Shown: in pieces, positions 1 through 11,094 of the stretch
Layout of the letters: each line of letters begins with the position of its first letter
Numbering within the stretch: the stretch's first letter is position 1
Assembly: GCA_000002445.1 (NCBI GenBank)
Contig: CM000207.1
Location: 800,001 to 864,000 of the forward strand
Direction of reading: 5' to 3'
Source of the DNA: Trypanosoma brucei
Lineage: Eukaryota
Length of the DNA: 64,000 bases
The notes under the pieces: generated by a model
Told to the model about the DNA's origin: nothing
The model's database searches: none
The model's input: the letters and a program-made list of their open reading frames with translations, nothing else
Position numbers and translations under genes: made by a program

Positions 1-60
1 AAGGTAAGAAAATACACACCGAGTTTGGGTGCGGGTGTGTAGGGAAGTAAGAGGGTGGTG

Positions 61-1464
61 ATGTCATGCAATCCGCTGCGGACCGCATTTACATTGCAAA
101 ATCCCGGACTACAGCGGGTTGTGCAGCGCGCGCCCCCAATCTTTGCCAACGGTTACAGCTCCGATAGCATCACATGGGATAGTGTGCGTGTGTTGCTCGT
201 AGGGGCTGGTGGTATCGGTTGCGAGGTTTTGCATTCCCTGGCGCTCAGTGGATTTGCCGATATTACAGTTATTGACATGGATACCGTCGAGCTTTCCAAC
301 CTTAGTCGGCAGTTCCTCTTCCGGGAGGCAGACATCGGGCGCAGTAAAGCCGAAGTTGCTGCCGCTGCTGTGGAGTGCCGTTGCCCTGGTGTACGAGTGC
401 GGGCACTTTTCGGGCGTATCGAAGATCAAAGTGATGAGTTTTACCGCCAGTTTCACGCTGTCATTCTGGCGGTAGACTCTGTCGCGGCTCGCCGATGGGT
501 GAATCAAAAAGTAGCTGAAGTTGCCGAATGGGAAACTTTTGATATGGTTGACGGTGGTTGTTACGAAAATATAGCAGCTCGTCCTATCGCCCGGAGAATG
601 CGGCGAATTGCGTATGCTATGCCTCTAATCGATACTGGTACAGAGGGTTATGAAGGCTGCTGTCGGGTAGTACTGCTGCGGTCCGTCAACCCCACGCCAT
701 GTATAGAGTGTGACCTTTCCTTGTATCCGAGCCGCCGTACTGTACCGCTTTGCACTCTAGAGAATATCCCTCGACTCCCTGAACACTGCGTCTTGTACGT
801 CAAGTTCAAACTGTGGGAGGAACTGAGGCCACATGAATCCCCTGATGCTGACAATCCAGAGCACATTGCTTGGATGACCGTTATGGCACAGAGGAGAAAA
901 GAAGCATTCGGAATTGAAGGACCAGATATCGATGATGCCTTTACCCTGGGGGTGGTGAAAAATGTCGTGCCCGCCGTTGGATTCACCAACGCGCTCGTTG
1001 CGGCGCAAGCGGTGTTAGAGCTCGTGAAGCTTCTGACTGGTGTAGCCTTCCCGGTTCAATGCTTTTCATACTACAATGGTTCGACAAAATGTGGCCTCAC
1101 GTCGTACGTAACCGACCTTATCCCTAATCCTACTTGCTCTGTTTGTGGGCCTCGACCTTTGCTCATTTTAAGTGCTGAAATGACACCGCTGAACGTCCTG
1201 CTCGCCATCAAAACGCAAGTTGGGATGCCCCCGTCTGTTGAAGATATCAGTCACCTCGACGTAACCCTCCGTGTGCGATTCGCAGCTGGCGAGGTTTACC
1301 TCATGTACAAATCCAATAACCCATTGAGGACTAATGTGGTGGCTACTACGATTGAGGAAGCGTTTGCCACATCAGGGTACGCGGCCGCATTTGTGGAATG
1401 GTGCAACTCAGACGCAGTGGTGTTTACCCTTGAGTGTAGTGGGGCTGATATACACATCTCGTGA
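61..1464 (+). CDS. UBA3: NEDD8-activating enzyme E1 catalytic subunit (UBA3-like, ThiF/MoeB fold)
   Basis: The translation carries the E1 adenylation motif VLLVGAGGIGCEVLHSLALSGFADITVIDMDTVELSNLSRQFLF and the catalytic-Cys region PLCTLENIPRLPEHCVLYVK. I recall these as UBA3-type (PRLPEHC), not UBA2-type, without a search. The track start at 55 is GTG and the first ATG is at 61. The frame is open back to window position 1, so the true N-terminus could lie upstream of the window. Confidence 0.72.
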   Translation: MSCNPLRTAFTLQNPGLQRVVQRAPPIFANGYSSDSITWDSVRVLLVGAGGIGCEVLHSLALSGFADITVIDMDTVELSNLSRQFLFREADIGRSKAEVAAAAVECRCPGVRVRALFGRIEDQSDEFYRQFHAVILAVDSVAARRWVNQKVAEVAEWETFDMVDGGCYENIAARPIARRMRRIAYAMPLIDTGTEGYEGCCRVVLLRSVNPTPCIECDLSLYPSRRTVPLCTLENIPRLPEHCVLYVKFKLWEELRPHESPDADNPEHIAWMTVMAQRRKEAFGIEGPDIDDAFTLGVVKNVVPAVGFTNALVAAQAVLELVKLLTGVAFPVQCFSYYNGSTKCGLTSYVTDLIPNPTCSVCGPRPLLILSAEMTPLNVLLAIKTQVGMPPSVEDISHLDVTLRVRFAAGEVYLMYKSNNPLRTNVVATTIEEAFATSGYAAAFVEWCNSDAVVFTLECSGADIHIS

Positions 1465-1881
1465 GACGCAACGATGTCGAAGAGAACTTTTTAATTTGAG
1501 CATGCACTTGTGTGCAAACGCCAAAGTCGTTCGCCTTCAGGAAGAAAATGACTGAATTGCGGATGAGTTCCCTTCGCGGATGTCAGCTGCCCGATGCGAG
1601 GCACGCAGAGGCTCACGTCCGTCGTAGACGTAGAACCTCACGGTGTTATTTTGCTCCGCCAAGTTGCGCCAGCAAACGTTTTTTTCTTTTTTTTCGAGGG
1701 GGGGGTGGTGGTGTTTATCTCCTGTTTTGCGTCCTTTTTCCCGTTGGGCGAAGTTGTGTTTCACTGATATATGTGTAGTGTGTATCCCCCTAAACTTTTA
1801 TTTTCTGCCTACGCCTCAACCGTGGCTGTGCACAGGGACGCGGGCCGGAGAACGACCATTTAGGGAAAAGTGAAGGTAAAA

Positions 1882-4800
1882 ATGCAGAGTTTGGTCTCTT
1901 TGCGAACCAGGGTGCAGTCGGTTGCAGTCAGTGATGCCTTCAGTTCCCTCCAATCATGTCACCGTCCCATAACAACTCCCGCAGCAAAACCGGCGGCGGG
2001 TGCCCATTTGCGTGAGCAGACAAAAGCTACTGACACGGTTGTGGACTCAACAAAGGACCAGCGGCATCATTCGAAGGGACGCGGTGTAGCTGGAGTGAGG
2101 AATCGCGGCGGCCCATATCGTAGGCAGGCACAAGCATGGAACACTAGTGGAAAAAGTGGACTGAATTTGCCAGAATCCTCTGCACCAGTTCTCTTTCCAC
2201 TGGGGAACGGCCTAGAGGTAACGCTTCCCCACGACACTTTCGCGTGGAAAACACGAGGTGCACCAGCCGGTATAGCGGAGCGAAACCAATCAGCGGGCGA
2301 ACACGGAGGAAAATTCGTGGGGGATGGTGGTAAATCGCTTCACGTGTGCGATTCAAATGGATGTGGAACTGATCGGCAAGCAGAGGTGGCAATCATGCAT
2401 CTGAATGAATCGGGGGAGCTCATCTCCGCTATCTTCGCTGTACCCTCCTTGAAGGGCAGTGAGAAACTGCAGAAGGCGCTTGAGGAGTGGCCAGAGCTAC
2501 TTCACCGACTGCGAGCTGATTCCTTGCCCGTGATATTGGGGTCCAGCGGCGAATCACCGCCAACCGCACGATCCATCATCCGAGCTTTTCAAATTCTGAC
2601 GGAAGCACTCGGGTCACTGGACAGTATTTCACAAAATTCGGGACTGCGTGCGGAGCAGCTCTTCCCGGCCGATTTAGTAGCTGCACTCTGGAGAGCGCTT
2701 CCTCCCATACACGAGTACATCAAGCGTACAGCTGTGGACTCCCCACAACCATCTGGTGGGACAGATAGTGATAACGGTGTCAATGAAAGCCTGAGAGATG
2801 ACGAGGTAGCGTTACCCGCAACCCCAGAGTTGCCGAGTTCTCCCATGAAAGCATTTAAAGTGGCCAGACGCGCCCTGGCACTACGGGCTCGTGAAGTCGG
2901 TGATGTACTGCCACCGTCTCTGTTGGTTCAAGTGTTATTGTCCATAGAGAAATGTGGCGCGCTCTCCGATGATATCATTGGACCCATGGGAACGCGTCTA
3001 CTTGAAAGGTATGACAGAGCTCTAGTCGCGCACGGGGGACCGCAACGCGTTGCTTCGAATCACCAGCTCTCCACACGGTTTGTTTCCAGAACTATGAACT
3101 CGTACGACTTGCCTTTTAGTGATGAGGATTCAGTGAGCTTTGCTCGGCTTCTAGGGAGGGCACAGGTGGTAGATCACTTTCAACTCCATCGACTGGTACA
3201 CACAATTCTCCTTCCTTCAGTAGTACGGGCTCTGCGAAGCAATGCGCTCAGCCTAACAGAATTGTTTGAGTTGACAGCATGTTATGCTCGGTACGCCGTG
3301 TGCGGGCGGCCTGTCGTACAAGTGACGGAACTCTGGATGTCGCACGTACCTCAAATGAGCTTGGAGCAGTGTGTCAAATTACTGAACATTGTGAGTCCGA
3401 ACAGGCAGCGCATCAACGGCAAGAAGCGATTCACATCAGGAAAGACACGTCAAACCCTAGCGACTGGTGCGGAGGAAGATTACTTTCCCTTGGTAGGCGC
3501 TGTTCTCGAACGTGCTGTGTGGCTATGCGTTCGTGAAACACAAATCGTTAATAATACTGATACCACTGAACAGATTATTGCTGTCGCTGATGAGGACTGC
3601 GGCGTGCTGTCTCCAACCTGTCTAACGAAGTTCATGTGTGCACTAACTAGGGTCAATGCTGAACGCTGGGCTGAGGTTTACATGGTTGTGGCATCTGTGA
3701 TCGAGAAAAAACTGGAACTGTTTTCAATCACTGATGTTATGTCCATGGCAAAATCCATTATACAGCGAGGATCCAACATACCGTACCACACGTTCCATGC
3801 TCAATTAGCGCGCTTCCTGCTGCAGGCTGAAGCGGCGTTAAGCGATGTGAAGGTTGCTAGCGTTGCTCTCGTCTCTGCCGCCTTGATGCTACCGGCACCG
3901 CCACTCTCGCTATCGAAGGTGAAGGAGGCACATTTTCTTCAACCACCAACAAACTCAGTGCCAGCTCCAACGTGTGCGGGCGAGGATAAGCCCCTACGTG
4001 AGATGGGTAGCTGCACACTGGAACACTCATCAGCATTGGCTATTTTTCGCAAGCATGGCACACGACTTGGTTTGCACAGTTTCGTTGCAGGAATGTGTGC
4101 CACTCCACTGGAGGAACTCCCGCGACGCTCGCAGGAGCGCGTAATTGTTCACTTTACCGCTATAGCTTCAGCGATCGGGGTGGCGTGGCTTGCTAGGGGT
4201 ATTGCGGCGTTGACTTCGAGAATTCCAGATTCTGTGGATCCACTCTCAGTGCAGCGGTGGTTTTCTCGTTTCACGGTTGTGGATGTTACACGACAGCTAG
4301 ACTTGGAGCACGCAGCGATGCTTTTGAATGTTTTGTCACATGAAAACTACAGCCGGGAGAGTGCACTAGCAAAGAGAGCCATAACCAATCGTGTCGCCCG
4401 TTTGCTGCTTCAAGATGACGTTTCTCTGCACTCTATAGTGCTAATTGCGCCTGCACTTCAGCGCGCAGACGTTTTCTTTCCACATCTATATTCGCGCCTT
4501 TGTCGCGTGCTGCTGTCGACCGTGCAGAAGGCCCCGTTCGATGCTCTACTTCCGGCGTTTTACGTGGCGGCAGATGAGTTCACGCGGTGCAAACATCACA
4601 ATGGCGGCACGTTTAGGGATGTGTGGGAACTTTTGCGCACCCGAGTGATTGATGATGCTGCGGTATCCCTCACTACAGAAGACGTTATCGTAGCATTAAA
4701 TGGATTCGCCGCGCTGGACGTTGGGGACTACCCCGTATTCTCTGTCCTTCTTCACAGGTTGTGGGTGTCGTATAAGGAAGTCGCCTCCCAATGTGGTGGT

Positions 4801-5919
4801 GAGGAGGGAGGGACATCGGCAGTGAGTGGGTCCTTGACCCCAACGCGATGGGTAGATAAGGTTCTTTCGGGTTGCACCCCGAGTGCAGTTGCGGTCCTAG
4901 CTTGCTCACTCACCCATTTGGGTGATGGTGAAGTCGTGGACACTTTCATGCCATGGGTGCTTCTCCGCCTTCGGCAAGTCGTTAGGGACATCTTCCCCAT
5001 TGACGTACTCCACCTCATGCCGGCGTTACTTGCAAATTTCGCTAAGGCTGCATCGAGGGCAGAGAACTCGCTGAACCCCACTCACTGGTTAAACATTGAT
5101 GCCAATTGCAGCCTCCTCCATGCGGTCTATGACGCGTGCCGCGAGTTGTTCCTCCAGATGTATGGAGAGGCGCGAAAGGACAGCGGGGAAGGAGTTGATG
5201 GAGTGCGTCGAGAGGACTGGATCCCAAAGGTGCATGTGTCAGTGTCGAGCGTGCCGCACCGCCACTTTGCAGAGCTCCTTATAGCCCTGTGCCGCGCTGG
5301 TGTGCAGGATGAAACGGTTGTCATGGCCTGTGCGCCGCGAACAACCCAACGTTGCTGCGCGGTACTACCCATGGCCGAACTTGTTGACTTGACTATGGCG
5401 TTATGTTTTCATCTGCATTTGCACCCACAAGAAACAGATCAATGTGACACTTCAAAAGAACAAAGCATCAAGCATACAGATGGCACAGACGGGGACGTCG
5501 TTGGTAATCCTCCGTTTGCAGAGAGTGAGGGTACCGGAAACGGAGGTACCGATGCGGTTAAAAGTGCTTCACTGCAAGCAATTACCCCAAACCAACAGCT
5601 CTTACTCCCAGCACTGAACGCACTGTGGGAGCGTGTGGAAGAACTAAGTTTACCTCAAGTGGATGCACTGGTACGTTGCTTGAGGCATTACTACGGCGAA
5701 AAAGTTGACACTGATTTTCTGTTTCGCCTGCAAAACCACCGAGCTGCGGTCGAGGAAATGAGGCGCAGTCGTCAGCAGAGGCGGGGCGAAAAAGTGATGA
5801 AGGGTGAGGCAACTTTGACCGTTGATGCTGCAAAGCCGCGGAATTCTGCTGAAGAACAGGGCCGACGGGAGGAGGGTACGCAATTACAGCTGACAGCGGA
5901 AGATCTTTTTGTTTGCTGA
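1882..5919 (+). CDS. large conserved hypothetical protein (about 1345 aa), no recognisable domain
   Basis: An uninterrupted 4 kb ORF of this size is very unlikely by chance. Codon usage is GC3-rich like the neighbouring genes. The first in-frame ATG is at 1882 after a pyrimidine-rich tract at 1740-1860, and the track start 1870 is GTG. No motif was recognised by eye. Confidence 0.6.
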   Translation: MQSLVSLRTRVQSVAVSDAFSSLQSCHRPITTPAAKPAAGAHLREQTKATDTVVDSTKDQRHHSKGRGVAGVRNRGGPYRRQAQAWNTSGKSGLNLPESSAPVLFPLGNGLEVTLPHDTFAWKTRGAPAGIAERNQSAGEHGGKFVGDGGKSLHVCDSNGCGTDRQAEVAIMHLNESGELISAIFAVPSLKGSEKLQKALEEWPELLHRLRADSLPVILGSSGESPPTARSIIRAFQILTEALGSLDSISQNSGLRAEQLFPADLVAALWRALPPIHEYIKRTAVDSPQPSGGTDSDNGVNESLRDDEVALPATPELPSSPMKAFKVARRALALRAREVGDVLPPSLLVQVLLSIEKCGALSDDIIGPMGTRLLERYDRALVAHGGPQRVASNHQLSTRFVSRTMNSYDLPFSDEDSVSFARLLGRAQVVDHFQLHRLVHTILLPSVVRALRSNALSLTELFELTACYARYAVCGRPVVQVTELWMSHVPQMSLEQCVKLLNIVSPNRQRINGKKRFTSGKTRQTLATGAEEDYFPLVGAVLERAVWLCVRETQIVNNTDTTEQIIAVADEDCGVLSPTCLTKFMCALTRVNAERWAEVYMVVASVIEKKLELFSITDVMSMAKSIIQRGSNIPYHTFHAQLARFLLQAEAALSDVKVASVALVSAALMLPAPPLSLSKVKEAHFLQPPTNSVPAPTCAGEDKPLREMGSCTLEHSSALAIFRKHGTRLGLHSFVAGMCATPLEELPRRSQERVIVHFTAIASAIGVAWLARGIAALTSRIPDSVDPLSVQRWFSRFTVVDVTRQLDLEHAAMLLNVLSHENYSRESALAKRAITNRVARLLLQDDVSLHSIVLIAPALQRADVFFPHLYSRLCRVLLSTVQKAPFDALLPAFYVAADEFTRCKHHNGGTFRDVWELLRTRVIDDAAVSLTTEDVIVALNGFAALDVGDYPVFSVLLHRLWVSYKEVASQCGGEEGGTSAVSGSLTPTRWVDKVLSGCTPSAVAVLACSLTHLGDGEVVDTFMPWVLLRLRQVVRDIFPIDVLHLMPALLANFAKAASRAENSLNPTHWLNIDANCSLLHAVYDACRELFLQMYGEARKDSGEGVDGVRREDWIPKVHVSVSSVPHRHFAELLIALCRAGVQDETVVMACAPRTTQRCCAVLPMAELVDLTMALCFHLHLHPQETDQCDTSKEQSIKHTDGTDGDVVGNPPFAESEGTGNGGTDAVKSASLQAITPNQQLLLPALNALWERVEELSLPQVDALVRCLRHYYGEKVDTDFLFRLQNHRAAVEEMRRSRQQRRGEKVMKGEATLTVDAAKPRNSAEEQGRREEGTQLQLTAEDLFVC

Positions 5920-6267
5920 GTCACAAGCTTTCAACTCCATCATAATTCGATGGTGGTGCTCATGGGGCGGCACGCACCACTTACGCACGCGCTTTTCAAA
6001 ACGGTTCCGCTGTCATTTTCTCTTCTGTTTTCCCGTTTGATACCTCTTGTAACTGTGAATCAAATGCTCTCCGCGGTTCCCTTCACAACTTTACAAGAGG
6101 ACGCAAGGTGTCGTGTCCACCATAGCATACAAGCAATTAGCTTACAACGAAACAGGGGCAGTAAGCTTGGTGGTGGTGGTGTGTGGAACTGTTGGGGGAA
6201 GTATTGCAGTGGGAGTGCTTTCCCATTATTAGAATTCTAGGTTCGTCCGGTATTTTTGGTATGTTGA

Positions 6268-9200
6268 ATGCAGAAGCAGACTAACGCCGAACCACCGTTA
6301 TCGCCAACGACAGGTAGCGGTTTTGGTACGCCTCTGCCGCTGCAGGACGAGACCCCTGAAGACCACGCGCATGTGGAGGGAAATGACGCTGCTCAACACT
6401 TTCTTGAACTCCTGTCACCTAGTTCGCGCGGTGGCAATGCATCGGCATTGAAGAAAGGTAAGAAGAACACGAACCGTAGGTTACGCTTTGATCCAACTTT
6501 GCGTGTGGTAGAGGCGGCAGAAGCTCCGGTGCAAGCCAACACCGAGGACGGCTCTTCAAGTGAGGAAGACAGCGACTCGTGGCGCGGTAAGAGTTTGACC
6601 GCAACCGAAGAGGGAGGGTTGTCAGATGTTCCCGAACCTGAATTAACAGAGTTGTCTAACCGCCAGGTAACAAGAAGGCCGCCGTGGTGGGTGCATCGGT
6701 GGTCTGAGCTCTCGCTATTTCTTAACAGCACGCGTAGTGGCGGTAAACGGGGGAGTACACCGGTCGATGCTGTCAGAGATCAACTTTCAGCTGACCTCGT
6801 TGCTGCACAGTCGCTTCAGCAATTTGTGGGGCGTGACGAGTACGAACAAGTAGCGGAGGTGATTTCTGAGCAAAATCAACTCTTGCCTGGTGGAGCGGAG
6901 CGTAATACCAGTAGAATGGTAGCTGGGCTATTGCCACCGTGGCGACGTGAGGGTATGGGGAGGGAGATGATAGAACATCTCGTAGGAAAAATTCAAGGGT
7001 GGCTCCGAAATCTCTGCGATAGTGTAAAAGGGACCTCGGGTGGTGATGTGCAAAAAGTCTTTGGAGGCGAAGAACATGATGGATCTGATGGTATTGTAGC
7101 GGCTCCCTTTTGTCCGGCAGTGAAGAGGGCGCATCGGTCTATGGTACAAAAGTCTCTCTTTCATGATCTTGTTGTACCATCAACAGATATTTGGAGTGGA
7201 AGGGCATATCAGGTTTGTGAGGGGCTTCGAACTCAAACGCCGACGATCCATTTTGAGTACGTCACAGACGAAAGCGTCAGACCGGTTTTTCACTTGTCAT
7301 GCTTGCATTATATTGACGGAGGGGAAATGCCGATGTCCGCTGTGGTGCAGGAGGCGCAAAAACGCCGTTCCCTTGTGATTCATATCGACTACGTGCGTTT
7401 TCGGCCGTCCTCTCCACCACATTCCGATAAAACCACTGATCATCAAATGCGGGCACGTGGTGGAAATCCCACACGTGATGCAGTGGTAGGCGTTCCAACC
7501 GCTTCCGTTTCATCGGGGGCGAACGCCGGCGGTGGCGAAGGTCGTGCAGCTGCGGCGCCGGTAAACTTTAGTCCGCATGATGAGCTGGTCTCTAGCATTC
7601 TGGATAATTATGAACCGTATCGCATGATGGAATTGAACCTGTTGCCACATCTGAAGAACCGTACTTTCTACGAGGACCAACTGCGGAGTCTCCGCTCGCA
7701 TCGTAGTCTCACAGAGGAACAGAGAAGGTTGATGATCACACTGGAAAAGTTGCACAAACTTACATGTAAGCTACAACACTCGTACCTCTCTGGGATGGTG
7801 ACGTCATGGAGGCAACTCTTGCAATTAGGTAGGGGGAATTTTGGAGGAATATCCACCTCATCGGAGCAACCTGACACTGAGGGAAGACGACGCGAATTTT
7901 TCGCGGCCCACGTGTCGCCGTTTCAAGTTTCAATGAATGGCACAACCAACAGCTTTGGGTCGCCGTCCGGATTTATTATTGGGAATGGGGAATCTGCTTC
8001 CATGTTAGTTGATCCTTCAGTTACAGCTGAAGTGCAGCGAAATGCATGTTTTCATTTGTATTTAAAGCGTGAAGGCTCCAAGGTGGACGCCCATACTGTT
8101 AAAGATGACCGCTTGCTCGACTATTCACCTGTTATTGAGGGTCTCACGTTACCGGTGGGAACGCAAGATGAACCAGCACAACATTTCCAGGTTCTTCTCT
8201 TTGCTCGTACGAACGCCTTCACCCAGCCCCAGTTTGTAGGGGCTACCGAGCCACGGGTAATTAACGCCGTGAAGGTTGTATTCTTCAACGAAACATTTGA
8301 ACTGCATACACTTTCGGATCCAGAGGAGATACTACTGCATGTTATCGCTGTGGGTGGTGTGAACAACAGACGTGTTGTCACCACCATACGTATGGAACCC
8401 TCTCTCACACAGGCGTGCCTTCTGCTTCCAATGCAAAGACCCATACCATTCACACACTCAGGACATAGCCACAAAAAATACGAGGGAAGCGTCATATCGG
8501 GGACAGCTTGTATTTCAACAAACTGGACCACACATCACGGGATGGCCATGCATGAAATAGAGGACCTATTTCTAAATGGGGATGCCGACCCAATGGACCC
8601 CAAATATAGACCATTGTTGAATACTCTAAAGGATCACTACGCGGTGTCAAAGACGCAAACGGCTGTATCGGTGAATGGCGTGAGCAAAACAGGAGCGAAC
8701 GCAGGGGATAATGTTGTACCGCAGGTGGGACGTGTAGTGGGACCGGAGCCAGCTCTGTACAAAGGGTTACCGACGAGACATCCCAAGGAGAGTAAACGGC
8801 TACAACAGTTACGTCATCGCTGGGCCATTCGCTTAAATCGTGAGGAGCCGCGCGATGCAGCGGAGGCACACCTTTTTTCCCAGCCAATCCCTTTGGACGA
8901 CTCAGACAGCTCCGATTTTGCTGCGGCATGCAAACATTGCGTAGAGAATAGGGAATTCATGCAGACGGCGCCTGATGAGCTGCACGAGGGGTTTGTGCAG
9001 GGTTCATCGCCGTCGTGTCTTTCACTGAGTCTACTCTCACGGCGAGAAAAACTGAAGCTGTGGCAGCAACGTCTCCGTTTTCAGAAGAGTAAATACACCA
9101 ACTCACGTAAGGTGGAGGACCATGAGATTCAGGAGCGACACGTCATTATCCCAAAACTTTTACCAGCCAAACCAATACACTGGACGGCTGAAAGTCAACT

Positions 9201-11094
9201 GAATCCGCGCCGAGGGAAGCGCCCTAAAATAAGAGACATCAGCCCTGACTCACTTGCAGTGCTGAGGGATTCCCGCATAGTGGTACATATCATGAGGGCA
9301 TCTACGCTACCAGTGAGGTCAGATGGCACACCTCTCGAGCCCTTTATTGAGGTCAGCTTTGTGTATGAAACGGTGCACTCACGGAGCGAAGTAGGGTCAA
9401 CGCCATCGTGGTTTGAAACACTTAATATTCCCTTTAGCCCACCTGACTTTGATGACGACACACTCTCCCTGATTGACGACGATATTGTGATATCTGTATA
9501 CGATAAGGTGGAGATCCCAATGCCCCCAACAACTATAACAGCGGGAGTCATCTCCCACGAAACGCACTACCGAACCGAGCGCCGGTTGCTGGGAGTGTTA
9601 CGTGTTCCCTTCTACTCACTTTACACGGCGGAGCAGGCTCGAATGGAGGGTCTGTACGTTCTTACCACACCCCGTTGGTCTCTTGGGTATCATCAAAGTC
9701 CGCGGGAGGTCAGCCACGGCGACTCCGGACGAGTGAAACTGAGGCGCCGCGGGTTGCCTTCTCTTCTTCCCACGATCCAGCTATACCTGGCCCTTTGGCC
9801 ACAACCTGACAGGGGGTCACGGGAAGCAGGGGATGAGTTGGAGATGCAAAGACTTGTCAAGCAGTTCAATGTATCACCACAACTCCGGTATCTGCATGAG
9901 ACTGCCATGAGGTGGCGACCAAGTGCCCTCAGTAAAATACGGAAGCTCTCTTCTGTCAACCCTGTGGCGCGCAACCGTAGCATTAGCCCATTTGTGCTGT
10001 GTACTACAGGAGATTTAACGTTAGTATGTCGGTTCCTTCTTGCCGGAGGCGGACCACCTCCGATTACTGTCACCACTGTGAGTCAAGCCATTCGCTTTGT
10101 GTCGCTGCTTCCTCTTCGCTTAGACATGCTCCCGGTTCAAAGTAACCGTGCTTGGAACACCAATGTTGAAGTGCTGAAGGCGCGCGAGTGCAAGTATGAG
10201 GAACTTTCCCTTCTGCTGGCACATTTTCTCCGATTCATTGAACCAAGTGAAGCGACTTACGTGGTAACAGGGCGGGGTCCCATATACCAGCGTGTAACAA
10301 TGGTGTTGCACTCGTTTGACGGTGAGCTGCGGCTCATCGATCCACACGGTGGGGTTGTGGCTCCAGTGCACGACCCCAACTTCAACTTTTTCACTGATGT
10401 TGACATGGTTGTGTCGCACGACCAGTTGTGGGCCAACATACAAATCAGTGGGACACCACACAGGATGGACTGGAATTTGCATGATGAACGCTTTTGGTTT
10501 CCTTGTTTTAACCACGAAGATGAGAATGTGAGGGCATGTTTGCCCTTTATCGCAGCCATACAACGAGAAACACTGCAGTTTTCACTACGGGATACGGGGA
10601 AGGAGCGTGAAATAGAGCACGAGCTTCAAATAAACGTTCGTCGTGCTCTGGTCCGCTGGCGCAACGGCAAGAAGCCCGCTTTTCATCATGGTGTGGCTGC
10701 AGCACTGCAAAAATTGCTTGAAGAGGCTGAAAGTGAGCGACTCGTGTGGGCAAATATGTCCCAAGAAAGGGTTAACAGACGAGCTGCCAGACATCTTAAC
10801 GAGTACCTCGGTGAGGAGGTCATGCATGATTCACGACGGCCCGGTCATACCCCATGCGCGTCGCATTCGCTTGCAGTCGGTAACCCGTGCCTGCGTATGG
10901 CAGGAAGTCCCATTAATTGCGCTTACATGCCGAACGACACCGGACACCGACTTATCCTGCAGCGTGTGTTCGAAACGGCTGTACACGAGGCGGCAGCAAA
11001 TGACGTAAGCTTCGCTGTAGCCACATACGTGAGGGGATATACACGTGAAGTTTTCTCGATGTGGGTGTTCCTTGCAGCATTGTACCGGGTGTAA
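6268..11094 (+). CDS. giant hypothetical protein (1608 aa) with a C-terminal-half C2-like beta-sandwich segment
   Basis: This is a 4.8 kb ORF with an ATG at 6268. The segment ~9270-9620 (VVHIMRASTLPVRSDGTPLEPFIEVSFVYETVHSRSEVGSTPSWFETLNIPF...IVISVYDKVE) has the alternating hydrophobic pattern and length of a C2 domain. That pattern is reminiscent of the CC2D2A/RPGRIP1-family C2, but this is an inference only. Confidence 0.6.
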   Translation: MQKQTNAEPPLSPTTGSGFGTPLPLQDETPEDHAHVEGNDAAQHFLELLSPSSRGGNASALKKGKKNTNRRLRFDPTLRVVEAAEAPVQANTEDGSSSEEDSDSWRGKSLTATEEGGLSDVPEPELTELSNRQVTRRPPWWVHRWSELSLFLNSTRSGGKRGSTPVDAVRDQLSADLVAAQSLQQFVGRDEYEQVAEVISEQNQLLPGGAERNTSRMVAGLLPPWRREGMGREMIEHLVGKIQGWLRNLCDSVKGTSGGDVQKVFGGEEHDGSDGIVAAPFCPAVKRAHRSMVQKSLFHDLVVPSTDIWSGRAYQVCEGLRTQTPTIHFEYVTDESVRPVFHLSCLHYIDGGEMPMSAVVQEAQKRRSLVIHIDYVRFRPSSPPHSDKTTDHQMRARGGNPTRDAVVGVPTASVSSGANAGGGEGRAAAAPVNFSPHDELVSSILDNYEPYRMMELNLLPHLKNRTFYEDQLRSLRSHRSLTEEQRRLMITLEKLHKLTCKLQHSYLSGMVTSWRQLLQLGRGNFGGISTSSEQPDTEGRRREFFAAHVSPFQVSMNGTTNSFGSPSGFIIGNGESASMLVDPSVTAEVQRNACFHLYLKREGSKVDAHTVKDDRLLDYSPVIEGLTLPVGTQDEPAQHFQVLLFARTNAFTQPQFVGATEPRVINAVKVVFFNETFELHTLSDPEEILLHVIAVGGVNNRRVVTTIRMEPSLTQACLLLPMQRPIPFTHSGHSHKKYEGSVISGTACISTNWTTHHGMAMHEIEDLFLNGDADPMDPKYRPLLNTLKDHYAVSKTQTAVSVNGVSKTGANAGDNVVPQVGRVVGPEPALYKGLPTRHPKESKRLQQLRHRWAIRLNREEPRDAAEAHLFSQPIPLDDSDSSDFAAACKHCVENREFMQTAPDELHEGFVQGSSPSCLSLSLLSRREKLKLWQQRLRFQKSKYTNSRKVEDHEIQERHVIIPKLLPAKPIHWTAESQLNPRRGKRPKIRDISPDSLAVLRDSRIVVHIMRASTLPVRSDGTPLEPFIEVSFVYETVHSRSEVGSTPSWFETLNIPFSPPDFDDDTLSLIDDDIVISVYDKVEIPMPPTTITAGVISHETHYRTERRLLGVLRVPFYSLYTAEQARMEGLYVLTTPRWSLGYHQSPREVSHGDSGRVKLRRRGLPSLLPTIQLYLALWPQPDRGSREAGDELEMQRLVKQFNVSPQLRYLHETAMRWRPSALSKIRKLSSVNPVARNRSISPFVLCTTGDLTLVCRFLLAGGGPPPITVTTVSQAIRFVSLLPLRLDMLPVQSNRAWNTNVEVLKARECKYEELSLLLAHFLRFIEPSEATYVVTGRGPIYQRVTMVLHSFDGELRLIDPHGGVVAPVHDPNFNFFTDVDMVVSHDQLWANIQISGTPHRMDWNLHDERFWFPCFNHEDENVRACLPFIAAIQRETLQFSLRDTGKEREIEHELQINVRRALVRWRNGKKPAFHHGVAAALQKLLEEAESERLVWANMSQERVNRRAARHLNEYLGEEVMHDSRRPGHTPCASHSLAVGNPCLRMAGSPINCAYMPNDTGHRLILQRVFETAVHEAAANDVSFAVATYVRGYTREVFSMWVFLAALYRV

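Noticed and set aside
55-60. Track-defined N-terminal extensions from GTG or TTG starts (for example 55, 1870, 11594, 17999, 21127, 36929, 41216, 43569, 46485, 49633, 52532)
   Set aside because: This is a eukaryotic nuclear genome, and non-ATG starts are not expected. The extensions often run through the polypyrimidine splice-acceptor tract. Starts were moved to the first in-frame ATG.
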